DNA of 64,000 nt, taken from Takakia lepidozioides (lineage: Eukaryota; Plantae; Bryophyta). Location of the stretch: contig CM060732.1 in the NCBI GenBank assembly GCA_030704615.1, positions 15,686,001 to 15,750,000 on the forward strand. Reading direction: 5' to 3'. The notes beneath the pieces were generated by a model that was not told the origin of the DNA, ran no database searches, and saw nothing but the letters and a program-made list of their open reading frames with translations. The translations under genes and the position numbers were made by a program. Positions 20,519-33,387 of the stretch are shown here, piece by piece (the stretch's first letter is position 1; the number at the start of each line of letters is the position of its first letter).

Positions 20519-21455
20519 ATTTTTCTGTTACTCGGACTTATGCCGCGTGGAGAAGGGCGTGGCTCTCCTGAGAGAAAACCCACATCCAAACCGCGGTGCA
20601 AACTCAAACCTTTGTACTACGGGCCGCGTCCAACGTCTCGCATGGCCAAACTGAAGCTCCAGCAGGAGATCCCCTTGTCTTGCTCATAGCCCGCGCCAAC
20701 TGAAGCCGAGCACTCTCAGACGAGCCCCTGCTTCTTCCGCTCTGTGTAGCATGTGTCGTCGTCTTCTTCGCTTTGTTTTGTTTGTTTTGGCATCCTTCTG
20801 CATGTGCTTATGCATGTGATTGTTAGCCATTACTTGCTTTTGCTTTCATGGTTGTTTCATGCCTCTCACGACTGTGGCTCGTTTGTTGTCTCCATTTTAT
20901 TTCGATGGTGGCGCTCATGTTGGGGATGATAGAGTGAAGACGAGCGCGACACGGTGGTGGTATCATTGACAGCTCCAACTACTCAAGCAGTCACTCCAAA
21001 AGCGGCTACTCATCGAGCGCAGTCGGACAGTCATCGGCTTATCCGCCTCCTTGATCGGCAACTGGTGATATCCGGATCGTAAATCCAACATGCTAAAGAC
21101 CTTGCGGACTCGGTGCTTGGCATTTTTGGGTCGCCAAAGTGGGGGCGGGAGGGCTCACAGAAACTTGCTCCTTTTGCTGGTGGACGGGAGGCCCTGGAGC
21201 GGGAGTACGCCCGAATAGGCATTCGGGAGGTTGGTGCAGCCGGCATGGCAGGGGCAGGGCGTTGGAAACAGCTAGCAGATTTGCCCATCGAGGAAGCTGA
21301 TGCACATGCAAGAGGGCCCGCCCACGCAAAGAAGAAGAAGAAAGCCAAGCACATGCAATCCTTGGCGAGAGAGCCATCACAGGTTGTGGAGGGGGGAGTG
21401 AACAGAACACCCACCAAGGCGCGTGAGGGTGTGAGTTCCCCGGCGGTGATCAAAT
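20519..21455 (+). pseudogene. Truncated second copy of the 5' exons of MTase-like paralog 2
   Basis: Clear similarity to 41050-42075 (MPRGEGRGSPERKPTSKPR...; REYARIGIREVGA; HAKKKKKAKHMQS); ends before the MTase domain. Confidence 0.8.
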
Positions 21456-21974
21456 CCTCCATGGGTCAAGGACAATGTGGTGAGGGCACCTTCTTCTTTG
21501 ACCTGTTTCAGCCTAGACTTGGCCCTGAGATGCATGTTGAATTCTGCATGGGTGATAAGTAGGGTTGGGGTGTTTGCTGGAACAATAGGCTGTCATTGTC
21601 AGTTGCTAGCCGCAAGTGCATGATTTGTGCAGAGCTTGGATAGTTGAGGGAGAAGGGGTAGAGTCTGGGTCCAGATTCATCCAAGAGGGCAGGACTTCAA
21701 GCTCATTACCTATAATCCCTGTGGATCAATAACTGCAAGAAACCTGCATGGGTAGATGGTCAACTGGAAGCTGCAGCAGCAGCGGCACAATTGATAAAAT
21801 CAAGCACTGCTAATGAAGACACCTTCTTCAACACATTTCACCCTATTTTCCCCTCTTATCAGACGCGGCCCTAAATTTACTTGTTGAATTCTGCAAGTTA
21901 GCTCGTTCGTGATGTGAGCTTGCATGAGTTTTATAAAGATCCTTCACGATGGTGGGACAACCGCAATTGCAAGG

Positions 21975-22701
21975 TGTCGCGCACCTCACTTCGGTAAGCT
22001 CCCCCTCAAGTCATAGTTACTTGCTTTGATGCGCGCGCCTGACTCCCAACCTGGCCGCCGGGCCAACTTGGAGCTTCAGCTGCTCACCGGGGCATAACGG
22101 TCCCCCTTTGTTCTCCCAAAGAACCCTCCACCGATTTGGAACCAGCGGGAATTCCCTTTGGTAGTTGGCAGTCCGGAACAGCTCCCCACTCTTTGGTCGC
22201 TTTCCGGCTCGCTCGCTTATTCACTAGTTTTTGGTCACCAACGGGCTTGCACCGTTCTCGGGGTTACTACTCCCTATATATACTTCTGTAGCTGTCCGCG
22301 GGGGTTTCACAACCAGCCATGCCATTTTATGGCGAACCACCACGAAAACCCTCGACTCCCGGTGATGAGTCGCGGTGAGTCTTGGCCCACTCACCACGGC
22401 CCCTATGGACCGTGATGAGTCCCAAGACTCCCCACGACTCCCACCACGAGGTTTCCGCCCCCATGGTGAGTCCTATGCCACCCCCACTAAGTCCCGCTAA
22501 GCTACCACCACCCCTTGTGGAGCCACCCCCACCGCAACCCGGTGTGCGGGGCTCCACCTAGTGAGCGCCTCCGCCTCCTTGAGTGCCTTGGGCACTCAAG
22601 GGTGCTTCAGCTCCCCATACCTATCACTGCCGCTGCCCCCACCATAGGGGCAGCCCCTCATGTGTCCCGACCCCCTGCCCTCAAGGCAAAGGGCCGCGAC
22701 A
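21975..22701 (-). repeat. 3' LTR of the chromovirus
   Basis: Direct repeat of 27723-28438 with TG..CA ends. Confidence 0.92.
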
Positions 22702-23170
22702 CATAGTTACTCACTTTGATGTGCGCGCCTAACTCCCAAACTGGCCGCCCGGGCCAACTCGGAGCTTTGGCTGCTCACAGGGACATAACGGTCCCCCTTT
22801 GCTCCTCCACAAGACCCTCTCTCACTTTGGGACTAGTGGAAATTCCCTTTGGTTGTTGGCAGTCCGGAACAGCTCCCCACACCTTGGTCGCTTTCCGGCT
22901 CGCACGCTTACTCACTAGTTTTTAGTCACCAACGGGCTTGCACCGTTCTCGGGGTTACTACTCCCTATATATACTTCTGTGACTGTCCGCGGGGGTTTAA
23001 CAAACAACCCAGTCATTTTATGGAGAATCGCCACGAAGACCCTCCATTCCCGGTGATGAGTCGCGGTGAGTCTTGGCCCACCCACCACGGCCCCATTGGA
23101 CCGTGATGAGTCCCAGGACTCCCCATGACTCCCACCACAAGGTCTCCGCCCCATGGTGAGTCTTATGCCA
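22702..23170 (-). repeat. Extra partial LTR copy, followed by a PPT-like tract (GGGGTTAGTGGGGG on minus)
   Basis: Matches the internal ~470 bp of both LTRs and is closer to the right LTR. Confidence 0.85.
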
Positions 23171-26100
23171 CCCCCACTAACCCCACAATCTAAGGTTGAT
23201 GTCCCCATCAACGCTTCTTTTGCTTTTGAGGTCGCCCTTCGAAAACTGCAACCGCCTCGGATGCGTTTCCCATTTCTGAGGCACGCACCCAAGTTGCCTC
23301 CACTTGATGATAGCCCTCCATTTCACGAGATACTCGATTTCTCGATTCTTGAACCTCCTCGACTTAAGCATTGCCTCCACCTCGTACTCAGGTTCATTTT
23401 CATAATCCAACAGCACAGGTGGCGGACGCAACACTTGATGCCGATCCGGACGCGCTTCATTTTTTAAGTAAGGCTTCAAAAGGGAGACGTGGAATACCGG
23501 ATGCACCTTGCTGTTTGCCGGCAACTCCAATTCATACACATCCTCATTCATAACCTTCCGGATGCGAAAGGGCCCCGCATAGGTACGAACTTCGGACTCA
23601 CTTCCGGAGGTAGTCGAAAATTCTTGATGTTCAACCAGACCTCCGTGCCTGCCTCAAACTTAACTTCCCTCCGCTTCCGATTCGCCTGCCGTTCATACCG
23701 TTTCCTAGCTTTGGCAATGTTGTACTTTGCGAGCTCCAACAAACGCTCGCGTTCTTCCAGCACCGCTGCTGCTGCCAGTTCCTCAACGTCCTGGGCGGCC
23801 CAACTAGTCGGCACCAGAGGTGCTTTTCCATAGACCAATATGAAAGGGGAAACTCCCGTTGCGGAGTGTTTTGTGTTATTATAACATAACTCTGCCGCAT
23901 CCAAGTGCTCCACCCAGTCTGATTGGTCTGCCGACACATAATTCCGCAAGATCTGCTTCACCACGGAATTCACTCTTTCCGTTTGGCCGTCCGTCGTAGA
24001 TCGGAAGGCGGTGCTCATCTTGAGCCTCGTCCCCATTTTCTTCCAAAGTGCCCTCCAAAATTTACTTGTAAACTTTGGATCGCGGTCTGAGACAATATCC
24101 TTTGGAAGTCCATGATGCTTGAAGACGTGGGTGAAGTAAAGTCGCCCCGTCTCCTACGCCGTTGCCGTCTCCTTGGTGGGAATGAAATGGCCCATTTTAC
24201 TGAACCTATCCACCACCACCATGAATGCATCGAATCATTTTGACAGCGGCATAGCAGTCATGGAATCCATCGAGACACTTTCCCAAGACCCCTCTGGAAT
24301 CGGCAAGGGTTGTAACAGCCCCGCTTGTTTTTTGTACTCGCTTTGGTTCTGTTGGCATGTGGTGCATGTCTTGACATACTCCTCGGCCTCCTCCCTCAGT
24401 TTGGGCCAGAGATACTCTTTCTTCAAGAGTGTCGTGGTGCGCTTGGCTCCGCCGTGGCCCGCAAGTGGGCCATCGTGGCATTCTCTCAAGAGACTATCTC
24501 TGATCCCTCCCTTTGGCACGTAGAGACGCTTTTGCTTGTACCGAAGCAGTCCATTGTGCAAGTGGAACTGCGATTTCATCCCCAACCTCAAGTCCCTCAT
24601 CACGGACTTTGCCATCTCATCCTTCCGGTAAGCCTTCCGGATCTTCCTTTGGAGCGCCGTCTCGCCCCTGCACACTAACATGAGCTGCTGCTTTCTACTT
24701 AAAGCATCGGCCACCACATTGTCCCGTTCCGGTTTGTATTGGATATCCACGTCGAACACTGCCAAAGTGTCTTGCCACCTAAGTTGTTTTGGGGACAACT
24801 TAGGCCGTGTGGCAAAATACTTCACCGTGACATTGTCCGTGAACACCTTCACCGGGTTGGAACCAACATAGTGGCGCCAAAGCTCAAGGCAATGCACCAC
24901 CGTCTTCATTTCTTTCTCGTGCGTAGGCCACCGTCGCTCCACTTTATTCAGTTTCTTATTTTCGTAAGCCACTGGACGTCCGTCCTGCATGAGTACGCCC
25001 CCAATTGCGAAGTCCGACGCATCTGTATGAATATCAAATGGACGGTCGAACTCCGGGATTTTTAGGACTGGAGCTTCCGCCATCCGCTGCTTTAACTTGG
25101 CAAAAGCTTGGCCACAAAAGGTGTTCCATACCCATATCTTGGACTTACACAGAAGGTCCGACAGCGGCCCCGTGATCTTGGCGATCACCTTTCTGTCATC
25201 CATTTTGATCCCATCCTGTGTAATCACATGCCCTAGGAACTCCACTTTTGTGACCCTGAATTCGCACTTTGAAGCTATGGCATACAACTTCCCTTCCCGC
25301 AATTTCTGGAACACCCTTTTGAGGTGCTCCATGTGCTCTTCCTTGGTTTTCGAGTACACCAAGATGTCGTCGATGTACACGATCACAAAGTCATCCAACC
25401 ACTCCTGGAAAAGGTTGTTCATTAGCATGCTAAATGTCGCGGGTGCATTGGTGAGCCCAAAAGGCATCACCAAGAACTCATATGAACCATATCTTGTCAT
25501 GCACGCAGTCTTCTCCTCATCTCCTTCCGCCACTCGGATTTGATGGTAACCCGAGCGCAAATTGATCTGGCTGAAATACTTTGCTCCTGCCAACCGATCG
25601 AAAAGGTTGTCGATCATTGCCAAAGGGTACCGGTTTTTGATACTCACCTTATTCAGAGCCCTGTAATTGACACACATCCGCAACGTCCCATCCTTCTTCT
25701 CTGCGAATAGCACCGGGGCTCTATAAGGTGACTTACTTGGCCGGATGTACCCCTTTGACATTAGATCCTTGAGCTGGGCTTTCAGCTCGACCAACTCTCT
25801 GTGGCTCAACTGGTAGGGCGTCTTGGCAGGCGGCTCCGATCCCGGTATCACCTCTATCTTGTGGTCAACTCCTCTTCACGGTGGCAAGCCACTTGGTAAA
25901 TCCTCCGGCATCACATCCTGGTATTTCTCCAAGATCCCCTTGATCCAATCTGGGTTCAGCTCCCTATCGACTTCTCCTTCCACTTGTCTTACGTAAAGCA
26001 AAAACTGGGGCTCGTGTGGCTCCTCCATGGCCCACTCATTTGCTGACAACAGGTTTATCTGCCCTCCCACTTGGTTGGGCATTTCCGATACCTGTAAAAC

Positions 26101-27722
26101 TTTGCCGCCATTCCCACACGGTAGCATGATTATTCTCTTGCGGCCATCTATGACCAGCTCCGGATTTGCTCAAAAATGTCATCCCCAAAATGAGATCCAC
26201 TCCATCAATCTCGCAAATGGTGAAGTTCTCACATCCCTCCCAACCCCCGAGCTGAAGAGGGACATTGAACGCCAACCTCGTCGCCAGTTGTGGTTCTCCT
26301 TTGGCAGAACGCACTTCAATAGAGGCCCCCACATCACTTGTCGGGAGCCCTAGCTTCCGTGCCGTTGCCGGTGTCATGAAGGAGTGCGACGCTCCTGTGT
26401 CCACCAACAACGACACGTTAGTTCCTGAAATTATCCCACTCACGAACATTAATTGTCTCCCTTTACGCAAGGGGCTAGTCTCCTGATACAACTCACAAGA
26501 GTAGTTGCCTATCTTGCAAGTCTTGGCAACCACCGCTTCCACCAAGCGGCTGATGGAATCTTCGGACAGCTCCGTGGTCGCCCGAGTCACGTGCAACTGT
26601 TGGGGTTTTGCGCACTTCTTGGCCATGTGCCCGGGCTCCCCGCAATTAAAGCACACTCCATCAAAGGTCACCTTCTGTCTGCCATAAGCCGCCGCACCTG
26701 ATTTTCCTTTCGGGGCACCGAGTGCCGCTTTGACGTGTGAAGGCCCTCCCTTCGATTTCCATGTGCCATTGTCGCCGCGTGGCCTATCCCACTTCTTTTC
26801 CGGTCGGAAGGGGTCACCCTCCCACCGGATCTTCTTATGGTTCAGCTCCGTACGGCCCTATTTTTTGCCCCTAGGGACATTCGAGAAACATTCAGCCCTT
26901 TCAATTGCCTCGTTCAGAGTCTTAGGTGGCTTCTCCTCCAACTTCCGCCTGGCCCATAGGGCCAATCCCGCCACAAAGTTGAAGACCATTTATGGTTCTG
27001 CCATATCCGTGACTTTGAGCGACAGCACATTGAAAGCCTGAACATATCCCCGAATGTCATCCGTTTGCTTCAAATTCCTCATTTTGTCCCGAGCGAGCCA
27101 GGACGCGTTGAGGGGCACAAACTGTCTTTTCATAAGTTCCTTGAACCCACTCCAGCTCAAGGTTTCTGGGTTTGGACCTTGGTCATGAAGGCGTTTCTAC
27201 CACCATTGTTGAGCATAGCCCCTCAAATAGGTGGGAGCCACTTCCACCTGATCCTCGTCACTCAATTTGGCCGCCCGGAAGTACTGCTCTAGCTCCAAGA
27301 GCCAGGTGTGCCTTCCGATTTCGGACACCCTCGAAGGTGTCGGGTTCCTTAGGCTTCACCTTAAACTTTGCCTTAGTGGAAGTGGCATTAGCCGCCTTCA
27401 ACACATCTTTCAACGTCCCGCCAAACTGCGCAACAACCCTTCCTAAAATGCTGCTGGCATGGGAGGCATCTGTTGGTCTGGCGGAGCCTCTGGGGAGTCC
27501 TCGGGCTCCGACTCCCAAAATTCCTCCCGTTCTTGAGCGGCCTCGCTTTCAGAAGCATGAATCGCCTCTTCCAATTGCCGCTTCGGTGACACATTGCCCT
27601 CACCGGGCTCACCAGGATCATCATCTTTCGGGCCGTTCCGCTTTCGCTTCGTCTTGCCCGACCCCATGATAAGGCCGATCTCAAGGACGATCACGTACTG
27701 AACTCTAAGCTCTGATACCAAG

Positions 27723-28438
27723 TGTCGCGCACCTCACTTCGGTAAGCTCCCCTTCAAGTCATAGTTACTCACTTTGATGCGCGCGCCTAACTCCCAAACT
27801 GACCGCCCGGGCCAACTCGGAGCTTCGGCTGCTCACCGCTCCTCCACAAGACCCTCTCTCACTTTGGGACTAATGGAAATTCCCTTTGGTTGTTGGCAGT
27901 CCGGAACAGCTCCCCACACCTTGGTCATTTTCCGGCTTGCACGCTTACTCACTAGTTTTTGGTCACCAACGGGCTTGCACCGTTCTCGGGGTTACTACAC
28001 TATATATACACTATATATACTTCTGTGACTGTCCGCGGGGGTTTAACAAACAACCCAGTCATTTTATAGCGAACCACCACGAAGACCCTCCATTCCCGGT
28101 GATGAGTCGCGGTGAGTCTTGGCCCACCCACCACGGCCCCATTGGACCGTGATGAGTCCCAAGACTCCCCACGACTCCCACCACGAGGTTTCCGCCCCCA
28201 TGGTGAGTCATATGCCACCCCCACTAAGTCCCGCTAAGCTACCACCACCCCTTGTGGAGCCACCCCCACCGCAACCCGGTGTGCGGGGCTCCACCTAGTG
28301 AGCGCCTCCGCCTCCTTGAGTGCCTTGGGCACTCAAGGGTGCTTCAGCTCCCCATACCTATCACTGCTGCTGCCCCCACCATAGGGGCAGCCCCTCATGT
28401 GTCCCGACCCCCTGCCCTCAAGGCAAAGGGCCGCGACA
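27723..28438 (-). repeat. 5' LTR of the chromovirus
   Basis: Adjacent to the PBS at 27709-27720 (minus). Confidence 0.92.
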
Positions 28439-28529
28439 CAAGGTGTGGTTTTTCTTAATGTACGATGTGAAGAAGTTCGTCCATCCTGAGGGATGGAAGC
28501 TTTGGAGACATATGGGCAAATGATGGGGG

Positions 28530-31500
28530 AAGGGGTGAAGCCCGCCACATCATGTTTGTGTGCATTTGCAGTGCTTGTGCAAGCCTGGCAGCCTTGGAGA
28601 AGGGCAAAGAGGTGCATAGAGATATCATCAAAGCTGGAATTGTAGTACCAAATGTCAATCTGAACACTGCCCTGGCAGTTCTAGAAAAGGGGAAAGAGGT
28701 GCATGGTGACATCTTCAGAGCTAGAATTGTACCAGATGTCCCCCACACTCCCCAGGACCTACTCCCCCAATACCGCACCGAACCTACAATATCCATCCTC
28801 CAACAACTCAAAACCGCACGAGTTGTCACATGAAATGCCTCTCCCACCCCACTCTCCCCACACCAACCATCAATTACCTCCCATACCCCACTAAGCCAAG
28901 CTGGCCCCTCACATCCCCCTGCAACTCCCCCCAGCTCATTATCTACTCCCTCAACACCAACATCCCCACCGCACGATGCCCAACTACGATAACCCAAATG
29001 CATATGTCATCGAAGCTATCCTCGGCATCAAAACCCAAACCTCGATAGACGCTTTTGGCGCCACATGTATAGACACTTACTATCTCTGCAAATGGGCAGG
29101 ATACCCTTCCGAAGATAACACCTGGCAAATTGAAGATGACCTCTTCGGCTCACATGATGACTGTGACCTTGCGCATAACCTCACTCTCCTTACCAACCGA
29201 ACCACAAACTCACTAACACAAACTTCCTCCAACACATACATCAACAACATGCCTCCCCCACCCAACCCAAGGATCATCGGTACGTCCACAACCCAATCCA
29301 GGCCCCTAACCTTCATATTGACATCACTGAATGCAATCCTGACAACGACATTGACCACGACACCCCCATGATCTATATGGGATCGCGCTTCTCTAATATC
29401 TACACTAAATTCGGAGGGTTCTTAGGCCTAATCCCAAATAACCGTATGGAATGGCTCTGGAGACAATATTCCCACTCACCCAACCACCCAACATCTCTAC
29501 AACCCCCCAAACAAGACTTTGCCACTGAAATTGATTGGCTAGTCCAAAGATATCTCAAAGACACCCCCCCCCCCCCCAAAAAAAAAAGCCACGCTCCCAG
29601 ACCCGGCTGTCACAAGCCTACACCCACTGTACCCTTCCCCCAGACATCCTCACACTACTCATCACCTCGTTCCAGCTCACACACTCATATTACTCCAACC
29701 CCCTCATATGCCCCATGGAACGAATCACATATGCCAGCCCCCACCATAGAGACTGCCTCTTCGGTGCCATAGGCACCGCCACCCAGCACACTTGGTCCGG
29801 CCGAGGCCTTGCTCACCCCCCACCCAAACCTGCGACATTCGAAGCCCTCCAATGGGCGCGCTTAGCTGCCAAGTCCTCCCCTGCTGCTCTCACCATACTT
29901 CTTCTCACACAACAAAAACTTCCAAATGACTCCCACCCCCTCCTATGTCTTCGCAATGCACTCATTTAATAGCAACCATTGACCCTAATCAACTTAAATA
30001 CTCACACACCCCCGCTCCCCAAATACCTTCAGTAGAAAGAACCATCTCTAACTCTTATCTTACTCATACAAAACCCCAGCTCAGCCCACATCTCTCCTCC
30101 TTTCCTTCAAGAGCTACACAAATTGCTTACCCACACATACAAAATGAAAGTGAACATCGCCCCTTCTCACCACCAGCCCACCCCGGAGTGCAATACCACC
30201 CCGCCTCCCTTACGACATAGAGATGCAAACATTGAAAACCCAGTGCGGAACACCCTCTGTGATCTCGTTTTGGGGCTATGAGCATCACCCAGGCCTGTCC
30301 GCAATCTACTTGCCACCCTTACGCGTGAGGCTAACATACAAGCCGCCGCATCAATCAGCCACACCAAAGTCCATATACAAAAATGGACACAATCCACTAT
30401 ACGTCACCAGAAACTCTCCAGTCACTTCTGGAACACCAAAATTACCACAGATGCTCAAATCCGTCAAACTCTCAAATTTAGATATGCCCAGTACATGGGT
30501 CACCAACGTAAATACATTTTTTGGCCACGTCTCTTCCCATCCCCATACTGCCCATTATGTTCCAACACGCACCATGAACGAGACACTTGGCCATACCTTC
30601 TTAGCCTATGCACACACCCCGTCATACATGGCCTACATATCACCCGTCACAACCAAGCAGTTTGGCATATCCACAAATTACTCCTCAGCCGCGCCGAAAC
30701 AAGATGGTAGTCACTCCTCAACGCATGCACATACCAAGGCAGACCACCGGATCACACTGTCCCACCCTGGCTACTCCCTTGTACATGGTACCTCCCACCC
30801 ATGCACTTGCCCTGCTCGACTATGTCCAAATCTCCTACTGGTGCAAGGATTACCCACAACGGCCTCACCCCCTATCACGCCCTCTACGTCATTTATCATC
30901 CACTTCATCGAATTCACATTTTGCCATGATCGATATCCACAAGACTCCATACTAGAGAAACGACAAAAATATGCCCCGTTCATCCTAGCCGTTCGCCGCC
31001 AAGGATGCGCACTAGTCCACTAACCGTCATCACGGCTGGCATTAGGGGCGGCATCCACAATGCCAGTATTAACGACTTGCACAATAATTTCCATATTCCT
31101 ATCTCCCCGATCCACAAATGCTTCCAAGCAATTCACCTCACAGCTCTCCGCTCCCTCACCGCCATTATCACCAACAAACGGAAACTTGAATCCAACCTAG
31201 CCGCACCACCCTAGACCCCCAGGGGCACCCCCTTGGGGGTGCCTTCCCCCCCCCCAGGGATTCATAGTCAAACCCGAGCCTCCACACCTCTGGTTACTTG
31301 GTGCCCAACCGGGCACCCGCTTTATCATAGGGCCCACCCCCGACAGGGGGCAGTAGCCGCAAGGCGAAGTGGCTCTTAGTTACGCCAGCTTTGGCCGGAG
31401 TCTTCTCTCTCTCTCTCTCTGTACCAGATGTCATTCTGAACAAGACCCTGGTGGACATGTTTGCAAAATGTGGGTGCATTGAGGATGCAAAGGGAGTGTT

Positions 31501-31762
31501 CAACACTATGGCTGAACAAGATGTGGTGTCGTGGAGTGCGATGCTTGCAGGGTATGCAAAGCAGGGACATGGGATGGAGGCTTTGGAGACATATGAGCAA
31601 ATGATAGGAGAAGCACATCATGTTTGTATGCATTTGCAATGCTTGTGCAAGCCTAGTAGCCTTGGAGAAGGGCAAAGAGGTGCATGGGGATATCATCAAA
31701 GCTGGAATTGTACCAAATGTCAATCTGAACACTGCCCTGGCAGCTCTGGAAAAGGGGAAAGC
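28530..31762 (+). pseudogene. PLS-class PPR pseudogene fragment split by a LINE (28530-28740 and 31420-31762)
   Basis: FVCICSACASLAALEKGKEVHRDIIKAG; NKTLVDMFAKCGCIEDAKGVFNTMAEQDVVSWSAMLAGYAKQGHGMEAL; the frame reads through once the insert is removed (VPDV|ILNKTLVDM). Confidence 0.88.
28741..31419 (+). mobile_element. 5'-truncated RLE-type non-LTR retrotransposon (Dualen/RandI-like) with a chromodomain and a PCIF1-like MTase domain
   Basis: TSD TGTACCAGATGTC (28728-28740, 31420-31432), (CT)n tail; chromodomain YVIEAILG...YYLCKWAGYPSEDNTW; YYSNPL...D.LFGA.G...WSGRGLAHPPP; CPLC...C...RHN knuckle and RLE (RLCPN...IEFTFC...EKRQKY). No RT present (truncated); frameshifted. Confidence 0.85.
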
Positions 31763-32030
31763 AGTACTTCCAGGCGACCAAGTTGAGTGACGAGGATCAA
31801 GTGGAAGTGGCTCCCACCTATTTGAGGGGCTATGCCCAACAATGACAGATGATTTCGAGGTCATGTTCAAGCTTCCAACGTACGAAGTCGCGGACACGGC
31901 GAAACTAGAAATAGTCTTCAACTTTGTGGCAGGACTGGCCCCATGGGCCAGGCGGAAGTTGGAGGAGAGGCTACCAAAGACTTTGAACGAGGCAATTGAA
32001 AGGGCTGAATGCTTCTCGGATGTCCCTACC
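31763..32030 (+). mobile_element. Chromovirus gag fragment
   Basis: Inverted similarity to ~26870-27290 (FNFVAGLAPWARRKLEE.PKTLNEAIERAECFS). Confidence 0.8.
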
Positions 32031-32589
32031 GTGCCTCATGTTCCCGCTGCGGGGACATGACACATGCCCTCTCCCGCATCCGCATCCGCATCTCGCCTCC
32101 CATCCTGCCCTCATGCATGACATCGTCCTCCATCCCACATGCATGCCTTCATTCTCCATAGTACATGGTATCCCAAGCATACATCATGCCCTCTTTCCAA
32201 AATCATTTTGACAGGTATTCAAAATTTCAAATGGCAAATCTGAAGAAATGAGTGGACGTTGGGATATATGTCACGTCGTCATATACACTGCCACCCCAAA
32301 CGAGGGTTTTTCTACCTTCATCGTGCATTTCCTTGTACCGCAGTTCTCTCCATGATTTCAAAACGCGTCCCTACCCTGGCACTCTGCATTCACATTCCAA
32401 ATCGAATTGTGTTTGTATCTTGCCCACATGAACATGTTGCTTTCCATTCTAAGTTGCATTTGTGTGGATGTCTGGCCCACATGAAGAAGTTTGTGCTTGC
32501 ATAGGGTACAATTTAGCGTCTGATGCATAAATATAGTAGCTATACATGCCCAGAATCTGCCAGCAGAAACCTGGTTGTCCACCTCAATG

Positions 32590-32790
32590 CACCTGTCTCC
32601 TAATCACTCCTTTCTGATATCTCTGTCCTCCATTATTTTTCTCACTTGTGCTGCATCGTTCCACCTGCCAGCTGCAGCATAGATTATTCGATAATAGCGC
32701 ATAAGTGGCAGCATCTTCTAGATCCCACTCAACAAGACATTTTGCTGCACGTTCTGCCACTTCCACATTGCCATGAAAGCAGCGGGAGAA
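32590..32790 (-). pseudogene. PPR E-domain fragment
   Basis: HGNVEVAERAAKCLVEWDLEDAATYALLSN followed by frameshifted YAAAGRWNDAAQVR. Confidence 0.8.
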
Positions 32791-33019
32791 ATCAAAGAAA
32801 AAAACATCTGAAGCTTGCGAAAGCACCCAAAGGATAAACGTAAGTAAAGTCGATAGATCTCGCCATCGTTGCTGAAACTGAAGAAGCTGAAACAAGACAG
32901 GGAATGAATTGATTTTGATATGGGTGTGCAGAATTTTCTCTTCATTGCTGATATGTTATTCTGTTGTTGTTGGATTTGTGCAAGGAGAGTGTGCTTTGGG
33001 TAGTCGCTGACATTGGAAT

Positions 33020-33190
33020 GGATGCACGCAGACGATTCCATGATGTGGTGGGGAACGTTGCTCCAAAGGTCTTAAAGAGAAAATCAGGGCTTGAGTGTAA
33101 TGTGTGGAGTATTGGTGTCATTACCTACATCATATTGTGTGGAAGGCAGTCCTTCTGGGACAAGACTGAGGCTGGCATTTTCAATAAGGT
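33020..33190 (+). pseudogene. CDPK (CPK16/18/28-like) kinase exon fragment
   Basis: [52 protein letters not shown]|GT; the SAYY segment is deleted and APE/D motifs are mutated. Confidence 0.8.
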
Positions 33191-33387
33191 ATGTTACAAA
33201 TGGTTTCTTACTTTAAAAGTGAAAACTATCTCGAGAAAATTATGGGTGAAGGATGTGCATGTCAGGCTAATGCTGATCAAACCTTGTACTCGTACCCCGG
33301 TTATCAACGTCACATCCGTCAGTCAGCGTCAGGTCACGTCAGACCTGACGTTGACGGGACCTCCGTCACATCAGGTTCCGGGAATAT

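Larger units (their letters stand above)
21975..28438 (-). mobile_element. Ty3/gypsy chromovirus LTR retrotransposon, degenerate
   Basis: LTRs 21975-22701 and 27723-28438 (TGTCGCG...CGCGACA), TSD CAAGG (21970-21974, 28439-28443), PBS TGGTATCAGAGC (tRNA-iMet), gag CFNCGEPGHMAKKC, protease [16 protein letters not shown], RNase H, integrase (GHGG...CTTCQ; TDGQTERVN), chromodomain EYEVEAML...YLVKW; several frameshifts. Confidence 0.96.
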
